From an uncultured Acidobacteriota bacterium (GTDB lineage: Bacteria > Acidobacteriota > Thermoanaerobaculia > Gp7-AA8), in assembly GCA_963734155.1 (NCBI GenBank), contig CAVTGG010000002.1, forward strand, positions 86,615 through 150,614: 64,000 nucleotides of DNA, given 5' to 3'. Below, in pieces: positions 1 to 11,213 of the stretch. The notes beneath the pieces are model-generated. The model worked only from the letters and a program-made list of their open reading frames with translations, had not been told where the DNA came from and made no database searches. The translations under genes and the position numbers were made by a program. How positions within the stretch are numbered: position 1 is the first letter of the stretch; each line of letters starts with the position of its first letter.

Positions 1-1
1 G

Positions 2-1132
2 GAAGAGGAACAGGACGCGTGGCTGCGGCAGGCGTGGAGCCTTCGTCCTGTCGAGCGCAAGCGACTGATCCTGTTCGCCAATCGAGCGAGCATCGCGAAG
101 CTGATCCAACTCGGCTCAGCGACGGAGCCGCTCGTCGCATCGCCGAACGCGTCGACACGTCCGGTGCAGTTGCCGCCGAACGCACAGGCGCAAACCTCGG
201 GCGAGTTTCTGCACGTGCAGATCGGCGCGAACGAACTGCTCGTGCCCGGCGGCGCCGCGCTCGCGCCTCCCGGCACTCCCGTCGTTGCGGCATCGCCGAC
301 TGATGATCTTCCGGACCGCGCAGCCGAATTGATGGACCTCGCGGAGCAACTCGCCGCGAAGGATGAATACGACGCGGCCGTGAAGGTCTACGACCGCGCG
401 CAGAAGATCCGCCCGAACGCGATCATCGACGAGCGCGTGCGGCAGATCCGGATGAATCAGCGGCTGGCCACGAAGTACTACGTGACGAAGACGCCGCACT
501 TCCGCATTCACTACCCGCCGGACGTCAGCGCCACCGCCGCTACGCAGCTCGGCGAAGTGCTGGAGCTGGAGCTGCGCCGGCTGCAGGAGTGGATCCCGGT
601 TCCGAATCTCCAGCCGATCGTCGTCAACGTGACGTGGTGGCAGGAGTTCCGCGGCATCTACACCGGCTCCGATTTCATCCTCGGTTTTTACAACGGCAAG
701 ATCACCGTGCCGGTCGCCGGAGTGCGCGAGCTCTCGCCGCCGGTCGTGGCCATCCTCGCGCACGAGCTCGCGCACGCGATGATCGCGCAGGCGACGAACG
801 ACAAGGCGCCGCGCTGGTTTCACGAAGGGCTCGCGCAGCGGATCGAAGAGCGCTCGCATTATGAGAATGCGTTCCGGATGTACGACGAAGACCGCCTGCT
901 CCCGATCGCGCTGCTCGATCCCGTGCTCAAAGAATCGCCCGATCCGCAGATGATCGAGGCCGCCTACACGGTCGCGCAGACAGACGTCCGCTTCATCGAG
1001 TCGCGCTACGGACGCGCGGGGCTGCATCGCATGCTGCGCGCGTATCGCGAAGGCCGGACGACCGAGGACGCGCTGCACGCGCTGTCGCCGCAATTCGATC
1101 GCGAGCTGCGGGCGTGGGGGCTCGCGCAATGA
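2..1132 (+). CDS. HExxH zinc-metallopeptidase-like protein (peptidase MA-type); 5' end probably lies upstream of the window
   Basis: The frame is open from nt 2 with no stop, and the ORF track starts it at an internal GTG (164). It has the zinc-site motif ILAHELAHAM followed by WFHEGLAQRIE. The antisense ORF 116..1129 is an Arg-rich shadow. Confidence 0.55.
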   Translation, partial: EEEQDAWLRQAWSLRPVERKRLILFANRASIAKLIQLGSATEPLVASPNASTRPVQLPPNAQAQTSGEFLHVQIGANELLVPGGAALAPPGTPVVAASPTDDLPDRAAELMDLAEQLAAKDEYDAAVKVYDRAQKIRPNAIIDERVRQIRMNQRLATKYYVTKTPHFRIHYPPDVSATAATQLGEVLELELRRLQEWIPVPNLQPIVVNVTWWQEFRGIYTGSDFILGFYNGKITVPVAGVRELSPPVVAILAHELAHAMIAQATNDKAPRWFHEGLAQRIEERSHYENAFRMYDEDRLLPIALLDPVLKESPDPQMIEAAYTVAQTDVRFIESRYGRAGLHRMLRAYREGRTTEDALHALSPQFDRELRAWGLAQ

Positions 1133-1479
1133 TGGTGCTGATTGCCGCCGCCGCGATCTGGCTCGTGCTTGCGTTCACGCGGAAGCGGACGTTGATGCTC
1201 GCCGCAAGCGCGATTCTCGCCGGTGCATGGCTCTGGAGTGCGGCGACGCCAGTCGCCGCTGTCACTCAAGCGAGAGCGGCGACTGGCGTCGCCGCACTCC
1301 AGACCTGCGCAACCCTCGCGGAAGGGATGAGTGTCGCCGAGGTGCAGTCGCGCGTGGGCGACCCGGACGAAGTGCGCAGCGATGAAGAAACGCGCGGGCC
1401 GGGCGCGTCGATCCTGATCTATCGCGCTTCGCGCTGCGCGGTGCACGTGCTCGACGGCAGGGTCGAGCTCATCGAGTAG
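1129..1479 (+). CDS. Small membrane protein, hypothetical (C-terminal GMSVAEVQSRVGDPDEV resembles BamE/SmpA-type motif)
   Basis: ATGATG at 1129 overlaps the upstream stop (ATGA). There is an N-terminal hydrophobic helix MMVLIAAAAIWLVLAF. No family was confidently recognised. Confidence 0.4.
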   Translation: MMVLIAAAAIWLVLAFTRKRTLMLAASAILAGAWLWSAATPVAAVTQARAATGVAALQTCATLAEGMSVAEVQSRVGDPDEVRSDEETRGPGASILIYRASRCAVHVLDGRVELIE

Positions 1480-3152
1480 CGGCGGCGGCTTTCGCCTCGG
1501 CCACCAGCACGCGCCGCAGCACCTTGCCCACCATCGTCTTCGGCAGTTCCGTGCGGATCTCGACGGTCGACGGCACTTTGTACGGCGCGAGCTTCTCACG
1601 GCACCACGTGCGAATCGCCTCCGGCTCGATCGTCTCTCCGGGCCGCGGCACGATCCACGCCGTGATCGCTTCGCCTTTGCGCGCGTCCGGCAATCCGGCG
1701 ACGCCGACTTCGGCGACGACCGGATGCGCGGCGATCACTTCCTCGATCTCGCGCGGCCACACCTGGAAGCCGCTGGTCTTGATCAGATCTTTCTTGCGGT
1801 CGACGATGAAGAGGTAGCCGTCCTCGTCGAGGTAGCCGAGGTCGCCGGTGTAGAGCCAGCCGTCGCGCAGCATCTGCGCGGTCTCGTCCGGATTGTCCCA
1901 ATAGCCGAGCATCAGCTGCGGCGCGGAGATGGTGATCTCGCCGACTTCGTGCGCCGGAAGCTCTTTCGTTGCGTCGTCGGAGTCGACGATGCGCACGACG
2001 ACGTCCGGCGCCGGCATCCCGACCGAGCCGATCTTGTTCGCGCCGCGATACGGGTTCACACACACCGCCATCGTGGCCTCGGTGAGCGAATAGCCTTCGA
2101 CGATGCGCCCGCCGGTCAGGTCTTCGAAACGCTTCTTCGTCTCCGCCATCAGCGCCGCCGCGCCGGAGAAGCAGGCGCGGATCGAACGGAAGTCGACTTT
2201 GCCCGCGACGACGTCTTTGTGATTCAGCAGCGCGCTGAAGAGCGTCGGCACACCGCAGAAGAGCGCCGGCTTGTCGCGCTGGATCGTCTTCACGACGTCG
2301 TCGACGTCGCGCGGATTCGGCACGAGGATCAGCGGTATGCCGGTGAGGAGCGCGATCGTCTGCGCGCCCGCGCAGCCGTACGTGTGAAAGAGCGGCAGCG
2401 GCAGCATGATCGACGCTTCCCGCCCTTCCAGCGACTCGCGCAGCACCGACTCGACCTGCACGCCGGCCATGATCAGGCTGCGGTGATCGCTGAGCACGCC
2501 CTTCGGCGTGCCGGTGGTTCCGCCGCTCATCAAAACGACCGCGCCTTTGTCGGGCGTCGCCTGCTGACTGCACCGGCGCGCCTTCTTTCATCAGCGACTG
2601 GAACCAGTAGTCGCCTTCGCGCAGCTCGATGCGGTGCCCTTCCTTTTTTTCCTTCACGAGCGTGAAGAGCACGCGCAGCACGCCCGGCAGATACTCTTTG
2701 ATGTTCGTGGCGATGACGCGCTTGAGCGACGTGCTCGATTGGATGCGTTTCACGCGCTCGTAGAACGGCGTGAGCACGATCATCGTCTCGGGTTTGGTTG
2801 CGCCGAGGGAGTCTTGCAGCTCGCGATCGTTATAGATCGGGTTTTGCGGCGCGATCATCGCGCCGAGCTTCCACGCCGCGAGCTCCGCGATCACGAACTG
2901 CGGCGCGTTCGGAAGCACCAGCGCGACGCGGTCGCCCTCTTTGACCCCGATCTCGCGGAGACCGCGCGCGAACGCGTCGCTCGCGCGATCGATCTCCGCG
3001 TACGAGACCCGCTTGCCCTTGAACAACAGCGCCGTGGCGTCAGGCTTTTGCCGCGCGCGCTCCGCGACGACGTCGACGAGCGTCCGGTTCGGATACTCGC
3101 CGATCGTCTGCGGCACGCCGGGGTCGTAATGCGCGAGCCACGGTTTGTTCAT
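1469..3152 (-). CDS. AMP-dependent acyl-CoA synthetase / long-chain-fatty-acid--CoA ligase, interrupted by an apparent +1 frameshift near 2560-2570
   Basis: The N-terminal part (frame of 1596..3152: MNKPWLAHYDPGVPQTIGEYP...) and the C-terminal ORF 1469..2533 (SGGTTGTPKG AMP motif, YTGDLGYLDEDGYLFIVDRKKDLIKTSG) form one enzyme. The sequence reads ..EGAPVQ / QQATPDKGAVVLMSGGTTG.. only if one nt is removed. Confidence 0.8.
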
Positions 3153-3155
3153 CGC

Positions 3156-4412
3156 TCAGGGACAGCCGGTGGTGGTGATCGTATCCGAACCTTGAATGGC
3201 CTGCGCGGAGAACGTTTGTCCCGTCAACGTCGCCGAAGTCGCGCCGCACGGAATGGCCGCGTCCTGCGTGCGGAAGTGCAGCATCAGATCGAGATCACCA
3301 TCTCCATCGACGTCGCTGATATGACCCGTTCCATGCGCTTCCGACGCATTGCCCGGACCGAATCGCACCGTCGCCGGATTGACCGTCGTCGCGTCGAACG
3401 TCGCCGTGGTGAAGATCACGACCGGAATCACGCCCTTGCTGCGCGGATTGATCGTGCTCTTCACGTCGATCGTCACGTTGATCGGTCCCGGCGGCGCCGA
3501 CGGCGCGCTGAACGCGAGGCCGACGAAGAACTGCGACGCGCTGCCGACGATCGTCGGATTGCTCGGCACTGCGCCGGTCACGGTGTCGATGGTGTAGATC
3601 CGAAAATCGGTTTCGGCACTCGGCACGCCGATGAAGAAGAACTTGTTGCCCGCCGCATCGAGCGCGTTGACGCCGCCGGCGATGCCGAGTGGAGGCGAGA
3701 TGTTTCCGCTGACCACAACCGCGGCGCCGGTGGCGGGATCGAGCCGCACGAGCTGCTTGCCGCCGTCGCCGGGATTGCGCAGCGCGTAGAGCACGCCTTC
3801 GCCGGCGTCGTATTCGAGGCCGAGGATCGACGTCGCGGGATCGACGGTCGGATTGCCGAGCACCGCGCCCGTCACGGTGTCGACGGTGTAGATGCGATGC
3901 ACGAACTCGGCGGACGGCGTGCCGATGAAGAAGAAGCGATTCCCCGCCGCGTCGAGCGCGGTGACGCCGCCGGGCACGCCGAGCGACGGCGAAATGCTCG
4001 CGCTGATCGGCGTCGCGACGCCGGTGGCCGGATCGTACGTGACGATCTGCTTGCCGCCGTCGCCGGGATTGCGCATGCCGTAGAGAATGTCGGCCGCGTC
4101 GTCGTATTCGAGTCCGAGAATCGACGTCGCCGGATCGATCGCCGGCGAGCTCACCGGCGCGCCGGTGGCCGTGTCGACCGTGTACAACCGCCAGTCGGTG
4201 CCGGACGACGGCATGCCGACGAAGAAGAACCGCCCGCCGTCCGTATCGAGCGCCACCACGCCCGACGACGTTCCATTCGGCGGATCAATGCTCGCCCCGA
4301 TCGGCGAGACGGCAGCGGTGGCGGGATCGACGGTGACGAGTTGCCGCCCACCATCCCCCGGATTGCGGAGCCCAAACAGCGTCCCCAGGAGCACGAGAAC
4401 TACAGGAGTCAT
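3156..4412 (-). CDS. Secreted repeat protein (beta-propeller-like) with three ~98-aa tandem repeats and a C-terminal DVDGDGDLD calcium-binding-like motif
   Basis: It has an N-terminal hydrophobic leader MTPVVLVLLGTLFG. The unit RNPGDGGKQ(L/I)V..DPATG....ALD..G.(R/K)FFF.G.PS....RIYT.DT.TGA...SILGLEYD..LY recurs at aa 16, 114 and 212. Confidence 0.6.
   Translation of the reverse strand: MTPVVLVLLGTLFGLRNPGDGGRQLVTVDPATAAVSPIGASIDPPNGTSSGVVALDTDGGRFFFVGMPSSGTDWRLYTVDTATGAPVSSPAIDPATSILGLEYDDAADILYGMRNPGDGGKQIVTYDPATGVATPISASISPSLGVPGGVTALDAAGNRFFFIGTPSAEFVHRIYTVDTVTGAVLGNPTVDPATSILGLEYDAGEGVLYALRNPGDGGKQLVRLDPATGAAVVVSGNISPPLGIAGGVNALDAAGNKFFFIGVPSAETDFRIYTIDTVTGAVPSNPTIVGSASQFFVGLAFSAPSAPPGPINVTIDVKSTINPRSKGVIPVVIFTTATFDATTVNPATVRFGPGNASEAHGTGHISDVDGDGDLDLMLHFRTQDAAIPCGATSATLTGQTFSAQAIQGSDTITTTGCP
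3513..4367. repeat. Intragenic tandem repeat, 3 x 294 bp (second and third copies start at 4073 and 3779 reading down the minus strand)
   Basis: The string ccgccgtcgccgggattgcgca recurs with a 294-nt period (about 3760 and 4054, with a variant near 4348). It encodes the RNPGDGG motif on the minus strand. Confidence 0.8.
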
Positions 4413-4528
4413 TCGCGAACCTCCTTATTTGTATGAGAGGCGGGAAGAATACAACGGGGAGGGAGGGGCGCGCTGTCAGGGGATTGCGAACAGTGGTCGC
4501 GTGTTATTTGACATAATGCGCAAACCCG

Positions 4529-6692
4529 ATGCGTCTACTCGCGCTCTTCCTGATCGCCGGAACATTGCACGCTGCGCCTGCCGGTAACCCTCGGCCCCGA
4601 GGTCGCACTCTCGCAGAATCGCGACAGCGGCCCCGCGGCGTTTGCGCAAACGGCAACCTCGCTCGTGACGGACGGCAGCGGGTTCCTCCTGTCCTGGATT
4701 CATCTTCATGAGCTGAATACTCCGCGTTTTGAATTGCGCCTCGATTCACTCGGTCAGCCGGTGGCGCCGTTCGCGCGGCAGGTCGAGGACTACCGGGGAT
4801 ACGCATCCACCGGCGATGGCGATTATCTGGCCATCTGGCAGGACGACCAGTACTTCTGGGTGCAACGCGTCAACGCGGATGGCGAGCCGGCGGGGCCGCC
4901 GAACCCGGTTCTCGGTCACGGCGGTTACTACGGCATCTACGGTCTCTTCGCCAACCGCAATTGCTACCTGCTGCTCGTCAGCGTCGGCGACCCGGCGCAC
5001 TTCATCGCCATTCTCGTGGACCGGATCGGACGAGTGATCCAGCAGCGCGCGCTCGGGATCGCATTCAACCCGGACGCGGCGCCCTACGACGGCGGATTCG
5101 TCATCGCCGGCTGCACCGGCTTTTCGCCCTGCACGCCGCAGCTCTCCACCCTCTCGAATTCCGGCCGATTGACCAGACTCGCGGTTCCAGGTCTTCCGCC
5201 GACGATCCTCTGGGACATGCGTGCCTCCGACGATCGTCTGATGATCACCTGGTGGGAAAAGGTCGGCGTCGCGCGTTTCATGATTCTCGGCTTCGACGGA
5301 AACGTACTGAAGCCGCCGTTCCCCGTTCCCATCCCGGCCGAATCTCTGCCGGCCGGCCTGCTGTGGGATGGACGAGAGTTCCTGTTGCTCCTCCGCGAGA
5401 TGGGCAATCTGATCGGAACGCTGCGGGCGATTCGCGTCAACGGAAACGGGGACCGGCTCAATGAGCCCTATCTGTTGTCGGAGACGGCATCTTCATCGCC
5501 CCTCTTCGCGACCAATGAGACGACGGGATTGCTGATCTGGTCCGACACGCGATTCTCATCGGAGCCCGACGTCGTGGGCTTGCGACTTCGCCATTTCAGC
5601 GAGCTCGCGGATTCGTTGGACCGCGCGACATTGATCTCGCGCTCCCCCACCGCACAGTCGGCAGTGCAGCTCGCGTCGTCCGGCTCCCACCTCGTGGCGG
5701 TGTGGACGAATGAGCCTTCGCACACGATCTCCGGCTCGATCGACGGCACGGAATTCAACGTGACGAACGCCGCGCGGCGGGAAGTCGATCTTCCGGCGGT
5801 CGCGGCGAGCCCGAACGGCTTTGTCGTCGCCTGGAACGAGTTTTCCTCGACGGATGAAGGCTCGCTGTTCGTGCGTCGTTATGCGTGGGACGGCACGCCG
5901 CTGGATGACGAGCCTGTCGAGATCTTCGAACGTGTTCCGAGATCGTCCCTGCGTTCCGGCGGCGCATGGGGATGGTCCACCGTGCATCGAAAACCGTCGC
6001 TGCTGTACGACGGGATCTCCTTCGTCCTCTTCGAAGGAAACGCCTTCACCATGCGCATTGCGCGCATCGATCCGCTCCATGGCGCGGTCACGACGTCGTC
6101 CCTGCCGCTGCCGGCGTACACCTCCGGGATTCTTCGGCCGATCCCCACGCCCGCGGGATGGTATGTCCCGTACACCAGAAAGCTGGGCATTCTCGTGTCC
6201 GGTCAGGACGCGACGATCTCGATTGCGACGATTGACCCCGATGGCGCCATGCGCAATTTCGAGACGCCGTTTTTCTGCGAGCCCGGCACGTGTACCTCCT
6301 TCAGCGCCGCGTACGCGCAGGGCAAGGTCACGCAGCTGTTTACGCCGCACGCGATCTCTCTCTGGCGCAGTACGCCGGCCGGCGAGTCCCTCGGCCAACC
6401 GATCGACATCTCCGATCGCGGCAACGTCGTGGCCAACGACATCGTATGGAACGGCTCGGAGTACGTCGCCGCCTGGATCCTCAACACCGGCCTCGTTCGC
6501 GTACGCCGTTTCGCGGCGGACGGCCAACCGCTGGACTCCGAGCCATTCACGATCGCCACGGATGCCGAAGCACGCGCGCCGTCGATCGCGGTCATCCCCT
6601 CCGGCGTGGTCATCGCGTACAGCCGTCACGACGACGCATCCGCCGGCGTTCCGCGGGCATTCACGCGCACGCTCGCGCGGCTGGGGCGATAG
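4529..6692 (+). CDS. Large secreted repeat protein, hypothetical; the signal-peptide segment (4529..~4575) is out of frame (+1) with the body (ORF 4665..6692)
   Basis: MRLLALFLIAGTLHAAP (frame 2) is a typical signal peptide. The body frame is open from 4554 (..LPVTLGPEVALSQNRDSGPAAFAQTATSLVTDGSGFLLSW..). The body carries recurring hydrophobic-W motifs (FLLSW, YLAIWQD, LMITWWE, LLIWSD, LVAVWTN, FVVAWNE). Confidence 0.5.
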
Positions 6693-6753
6693 GCCCGTGA
6701 TATGTGGGTGCCGCTGCGGTCGCCACATGAATTCCGCGGCGTAGGCTCATCGC

Positions 6754-6963
6754 GTGAAATCACGAAAGCCCAAGAAGCGCGTCAACAACGCTCCGTCGCT
6801 CGTCGAATTTTTTCAATCAGCTCCGGGCGGACATGCTCTTGATCTGAAGCGTAAGCGGGACACAACGAGGATTCTCGCCGAGCTGGAGCAACTGTGGCAT
6901 GACACGCCTGATTCCAGCGGCGAGCTGTGGACGCGCGACGAGATCCACGAACGCTCGCGTTGA
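6754..6963 (+). CDS. Small hypothetical protein (69 aa), coding status uncertain
   Basis: This is an isolated ORF with a GTG start and lower G+C than its neighbours. No family was recognised. Its 3' end abuts a REP-like element. Confidence 0.25.
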   Translation: MKSRKPKKRVNNAPSLVEFFQSAPGGHALDLKRKRDTTRILAELEQLWHDTPDSSGELWTRDEIHERSR

Positions 6964-6970
6964 GAGCCCT

Positions 6971-7066
6971 CGGAACGCCGCCGTCCCGGCGGCTGCAACG
7001 GGCGCCGTCCCGCGCCCGAGGCGGCGAGACGCCGCCTAACCAGCCGGCGAGGACGCCGGCGCTCCG
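6971..7066. repeat. Dispersed GC-rich structured repeat, copy A (inverted arms cggaacgccgccgtcccggcggctg / cagccggcgaggacgccggcgctccg)
   Basis: It shares the core ccagccggcga(g)gacgccggcg(t/c)tcc with the copies at 42519..42614 and 50345..50425. It overlaps the last ~10 codons of the RND pump (..GAPASSPAG*). Confidence 0.55.
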
Positions 7067-10000
7067 TCGAACTCCTCCTCCCGCACCCCCCGCCGCCGGC
7101 GGAACCACTCCTGCACGTCGTCGAAGAGCGAATACGCGACGGGAGTCGCGAGGAGCGTCAACAGCAGCGCGAGCGTCTGGCCGCCGATGATGACCGAGCC
7201 GATGGCGCGGTTCGTCGCGGCGCCGGTGCCGCTGGAGACGACGAGCGGGATCATGCCGGCGACGAAGGCGAGCGTCGTCATCAGGATCGGGCGGAGGCGG
7301 TCGCGGTTCGCTTCGCGGATCGCTTGCGCGCGCGGCAATCCGTGCGCGCGCAGTTGGTTCGTGTGATCGATCTGCAGGATGCCGTTCTTCTTCACGATGC
7401 CGAACAGCACGAGGATGCCGAGCATCGAGAAGATGTTCAGCGACTGATTGAGCACCAGGATCGAGAACAGCGCGAAGGGCACGGTCAGCGGCAGCGCGAG
7501 GAGGATCGTGATCGGATGGATCCAGCTCTCGAACTGCGCGGCGAGGATCAGGTACATGAACACGATCGAGAGCAGGAACGCGAACATGAAGTTCTTGAAC
7601 GCGCGCGTCTGCTCGCGCGAGCGGCCGGTGAATCCTGCCTGATACTCGCTCGGCATGTTCAGCTTCTTCGTCTCCGTGGTCAGCATCTCCATCACGGTCT
7701 GCGCGGAGTGACCGGGAGCCATGTTCGCGATGAGCATCACCTGGCGCTGGCGTGAGATGCGGTTGACCGTCGACGGGCCCGAGCCCGGCGCCATGTTCAC
7801 GACGTCGCGCAGCTGCACGCTGCCGGTCTTCGACGACGGAACCTGCGCCTGCGCGATTCCCTGCGGATCCTTGCGGTACTCGTGCTCGGCGCGCACGTGC
7901 ACTTCGTACTGCTCGCCGCCTTCGTAGTAGTCGGTGATCTTCAGGCCGCCGACGAGCACGTTGAGCGTCGAGGCGATGTCCTGCACGCGCACGCCGAGGT
8001 CCGCGGCTTTTTCGCGATCGATCCGCACGCCGAGCTCCGGCTTGCCGGTGATCAGCGTCGTGTCGGGATCGACGACGCCGTCCTTCTTCATCTCATTCAG
8101 CTTCGCCAGCAGCACGCCCGAATACTTCTCGAGCTGCCTCAGATCGGGCCCGCCGATCCAGTACATGATCTCCGCGTTCACGCCGCCGCCGAACGCGTTG
8201 ACCTGCGCAACGGACGTGCGCAGGTTGAGGCGCCGGTACTGCGGCAGGATGTTGGCGCGCACGTCCGCCATGATGTCGAACTGGCCGCGCTTGCGCTTCT
8301 CCACCGGCACGAGCTTGACGTACACGCTGCCGAGGTTGTGCGTGATCTGCGGATCGTCGCCGATCGTCACCACCGTGGTCTCGACCTCGGGGATCTTGCG
8401 GATCTGCGCGGCGATCGACTCCATGATCGTCGCCGTCGTCTTCAGGCTCGAGCCTTCCGGCGCGCGCGCCGACACCGCGAACTGCGACTCATCGTCCTGC
8501 GGCAGGAAGTTCTTGTTCACCGCCTTCGCCAGCGGTCCCATCGAGAACAGCGCGCCGAGCATCGCCAGCACGATCACCCAGCGGTGGCGCATCGACCAGT
8601 CGAGCATGCGCAGATACGTGCGTTCGATGAGGCCGTACATGCCGTGCTCGCGCGTCGCGGTCTCGTGCTGCAGGTCTTCGCGGCGCAGCCAGCGCGACGA
8701 CATCATCGGCGTCAGCGTGAACGACACCAGCAGCGACACCGCGATGGCGATCGCCATCGTGATGCCGAACGAGTTCATGAACCGGCCGACGATGCCGCCC
8801 ATGAACGCCACCGGCAGGAACACCGCGATCAGCGACAGCGACGTGGCCATGACCGCGAGACCGACTTCCTTCGTCCCCTCCACCGCCGCTTCGCGCGGCG
8901 TGCGCTTCTTCTCTTCCATGTAGCGGAAGATGTTCTCGAGCACGACGACGGCGTCGTCGATGACGATGCCGACGGCGAGCGTCAGCGCGAGGAGCGTGAT
9001 GACGTTGAGCGTGAAGTTCTCGAACTTCATCGCCGCGAACGTGGCGATGATCGAGCTCGGGATCGCCACCGCGGAGATGATCGTCGGACGCGAGCGGCGG
9101 AAAAATACGTCAGCATGCCGAGGGCGACGAGCACGCCCGCGACGCGAAGCGGAACGGCCATCTTCGGCGAGACATCGTGGAAGCCGAAGAGGAGGAAGTA
9201 GACGGCGAGCGTGGAGATGACGAGCGCCACCGCCGTACGCAGCTTCGGCGAGGAGAGGAAGAACCAGACGATCAGCGCCGCGAAGAGCGAGCCGAGGATC
9301 AGGTGCTCCTTCACCGCGTTCACGGCGGAGATGACGTACTCCGACTGGTCGCGGATGACGCGCATCGACCAGCCCTTCGGCAAGTCTTTCTGCAGCTCCG
9401 CGGTTCGCTCTTTCAGCGCGTTCACGACTTCGACGGTGTTCGTGCCGGACTGCTTGCGGATCTGCAGCACGACGGCCGGCTTGCCGTCGACCGAGGCCAC
9501 CGACTCCGGCTCCGCCACGCTGTCTTCGATGTGGGCGACGTCGCCGACCTTCACCGGATAGCCGTTCTTCGAGAGGATGGTGATGTTCGAAAACTCCGAC
9601 GGCGAGGTGATGCGGCCGTAGGTGCGCAGCGTGAGGTCGTGCAATCCCTGCTCGACCTTGCCGCCCGGAATCTGCACGTTCTGCGACTGCAGCGCGCCGA
9701 TGACCTGCGCGGTCGTGAGTCCGACGGAGGCCAGCTTCTCGGTGTCGACGACGACGTTGACCTGGCGCGGACGGCCGCCGACGATGACCACCTGCCCGAC
9801 GCCGCTCAGCGACTCCAGGCGGCGGCGCAGGCGCTTGTCCGCGAACTCCGTGACGTCGCGGATCGGCGCGGGCGCGCTGAGCGCGATCGAAAGCACGGGG
9901 ATCGAGTCGGGATCGAATTTCTGGATGATCGGCGGATCGGCGTCGGCCGGCAGCTCGCGCAGGATCATGTTGACCTTGTCGCGCACTTCCTGCGCCGCAA

Positions 10001-10310
10001 CGTCGGCGTCCTTCTCGAGGACGAACTGCACGATGACCTGGGAGATGCCTTCCGAGGACGTCGACTGCAACTGATCGATGCCGCTGATCGTGTTGACCGC
10101 TTCCTCGATCTTGTCGGTGATGTCGGTCTCGATCTCTTCCGGCGCCGCGCCCGTGAGCGCAGTGGTGATGGTGATGGTCGGAAAATCGATCTTCGGGAAA
10201 CGATCGACGCCGAGCTGCAGGTACGCAAAGTACCCGACCACGACGAGCGAGAGCACGAGCACGGTCGCGAAGACCGGACGGCGGACGCAGATTTCGGCGA
10301 GTTTATGCAT
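7036..10310 (-). CDS. RND efflux transporter permease (AcrB/HAE1 family), interrupted by an apparent -1 frameshift at the A5 run 9101-9105
   Basis: ORF 9027..10310 ([20 protein letters not shown]...) and ORF 7036..9069 (..[46 protein letters not shown]..) are the two parts of one ~1090-aa RND permease. They rejoin as ..[23 protein letters not shown].. if one T is added to the minus-strand T5 run. Confidence 0.85.
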
Positions 10311-10313
10311 GGG

Positions 10314-11213
10314 TCATCTCACCGCCATTTCCACACGGGCAAACAGCCCCGGCTTCAACTTCCCATCGCGATTCGCGAACTCCGTTTCCACGGCGAGCGA
10401 GCGCGTGGCGGGATCGATGACGCCGCCGATGGTCGTGACACGGCCTTCGAACACCTGGTCGGGATACGGATCGACGCGTGCCTTCACCGCGTCGCCTTTC
10501 TTGATGGTTGCGACATAGCGCTCGGGGACGCGGAAGCGAAGCTTGAGCGGCGAGGTCTGCACGATCACGAGTGCGACGGTGGCCTCGCCGAGGCGCTGGC
10601 CGACGTCGGTGCGTTTCTCGGCGACGACGCCGTTGATCGGCGAGCGGAGCGTCGCGTCGGAGAGCTGCTGGCGCAGCAGCGCGGATTGCGCTTCCGCGGA
10701 CTGCCGCGCCGCCGCGGCCTGATCGTAATTCGCCTGCGAGCGATCGAACGTCGCGCGCGGGATCGAATCCTTCGCGATCAACTCTTTCTTGCGCTCGAGA
10801 TCGCGCGCGGCATCGGCTTCCGCCGCCTTCGCGCGCGCGACGTCCGCATTGGCACGCTGCAGGTTGATGCGCAGGTAATCGGTCTCGAGGTCGAGCACCG
10901 GCTGGCCCTTCGACACGCGCGAGCCTTCTTCGACGTACATGCGCGCGACACGGCCCGGCATCTTCACCGCCAGCTCGGAGCGCGTCGACGCGATGAACTC
11001 GCCGGTGGCGACGAGCGCGTCACCTGCGGTCGCTTCGCTCACCGCTGCGACGCCGCTCTTCGTCGCGGTGTCGGTGGTCGCCGCGGTCGCGCTCACGGAT
11101 GCCACATCCGCAGGCAGTGGCGGCGCTTCGCCGGTAGTCGTCGTCGCCTGCGTCGAGGTTTTTTCGGAGCAGGCAACAGTGAGAAGGATCAAGGCAAGTA
11201 CGCGTTTCATCAA
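10314..11213 (-). CDS. RND efflux periplasmic adaptor (membrane fusion protein, HlyD family)
   Basis: It has a lipoprotein-like leader MMKRVLALILLTVACSE and coiled-coil and beta-barrel segments typical of MFPs. Its stop lies 4 nt upstream of the RND permease start. Confidence 0.8.
   Translation of the reverse strand: MMKRVLALILLTVACSEKTSTQATTTTGEAPPLPADVASVSATAATTDTATKSGVAAVSEATAGDALVATGEFIASTRSELAVKMPGRVARMYVEEGSRVSKGQPVLDLETDYLRINLQRANADVARAKAAEADAARDLERKKELIAKDSIPRATFDRSQANYDQAAAARQSAEAQSALLRQQLSDATLRSPINGVVAEKRTDVGQRLGEATVALVIVQTSPLKLRFRVPERYVATIKKGDAVKARVDPYPDQVFEGRVTTIGGVIDPATRSLAVETEFANRDGKLKPGLFARVEMAVR

Noticed and set aside
6754-6963. The idea that the 69-aa ORF is a truncated VapB/AbrB-type antitoxin, because its SLVEFFQSAPGGHALDLKRKRD stretch resembles antitoxin C-termini.
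   Set aside because: There is no N-terminal DNA-binding domain and no adjacent toxin gene, and the resemblance rests on a few residues only. I kept it as a low-confidence hypothetical ORF.
9027-9069. Interpreting the two RND ORFs as separate, overlapping transporter genes.
   Set aside because: Each piece is only part of a single 12-TM RND permease. The sequence is continuous across the junction once one base is restored in a homopolymer.
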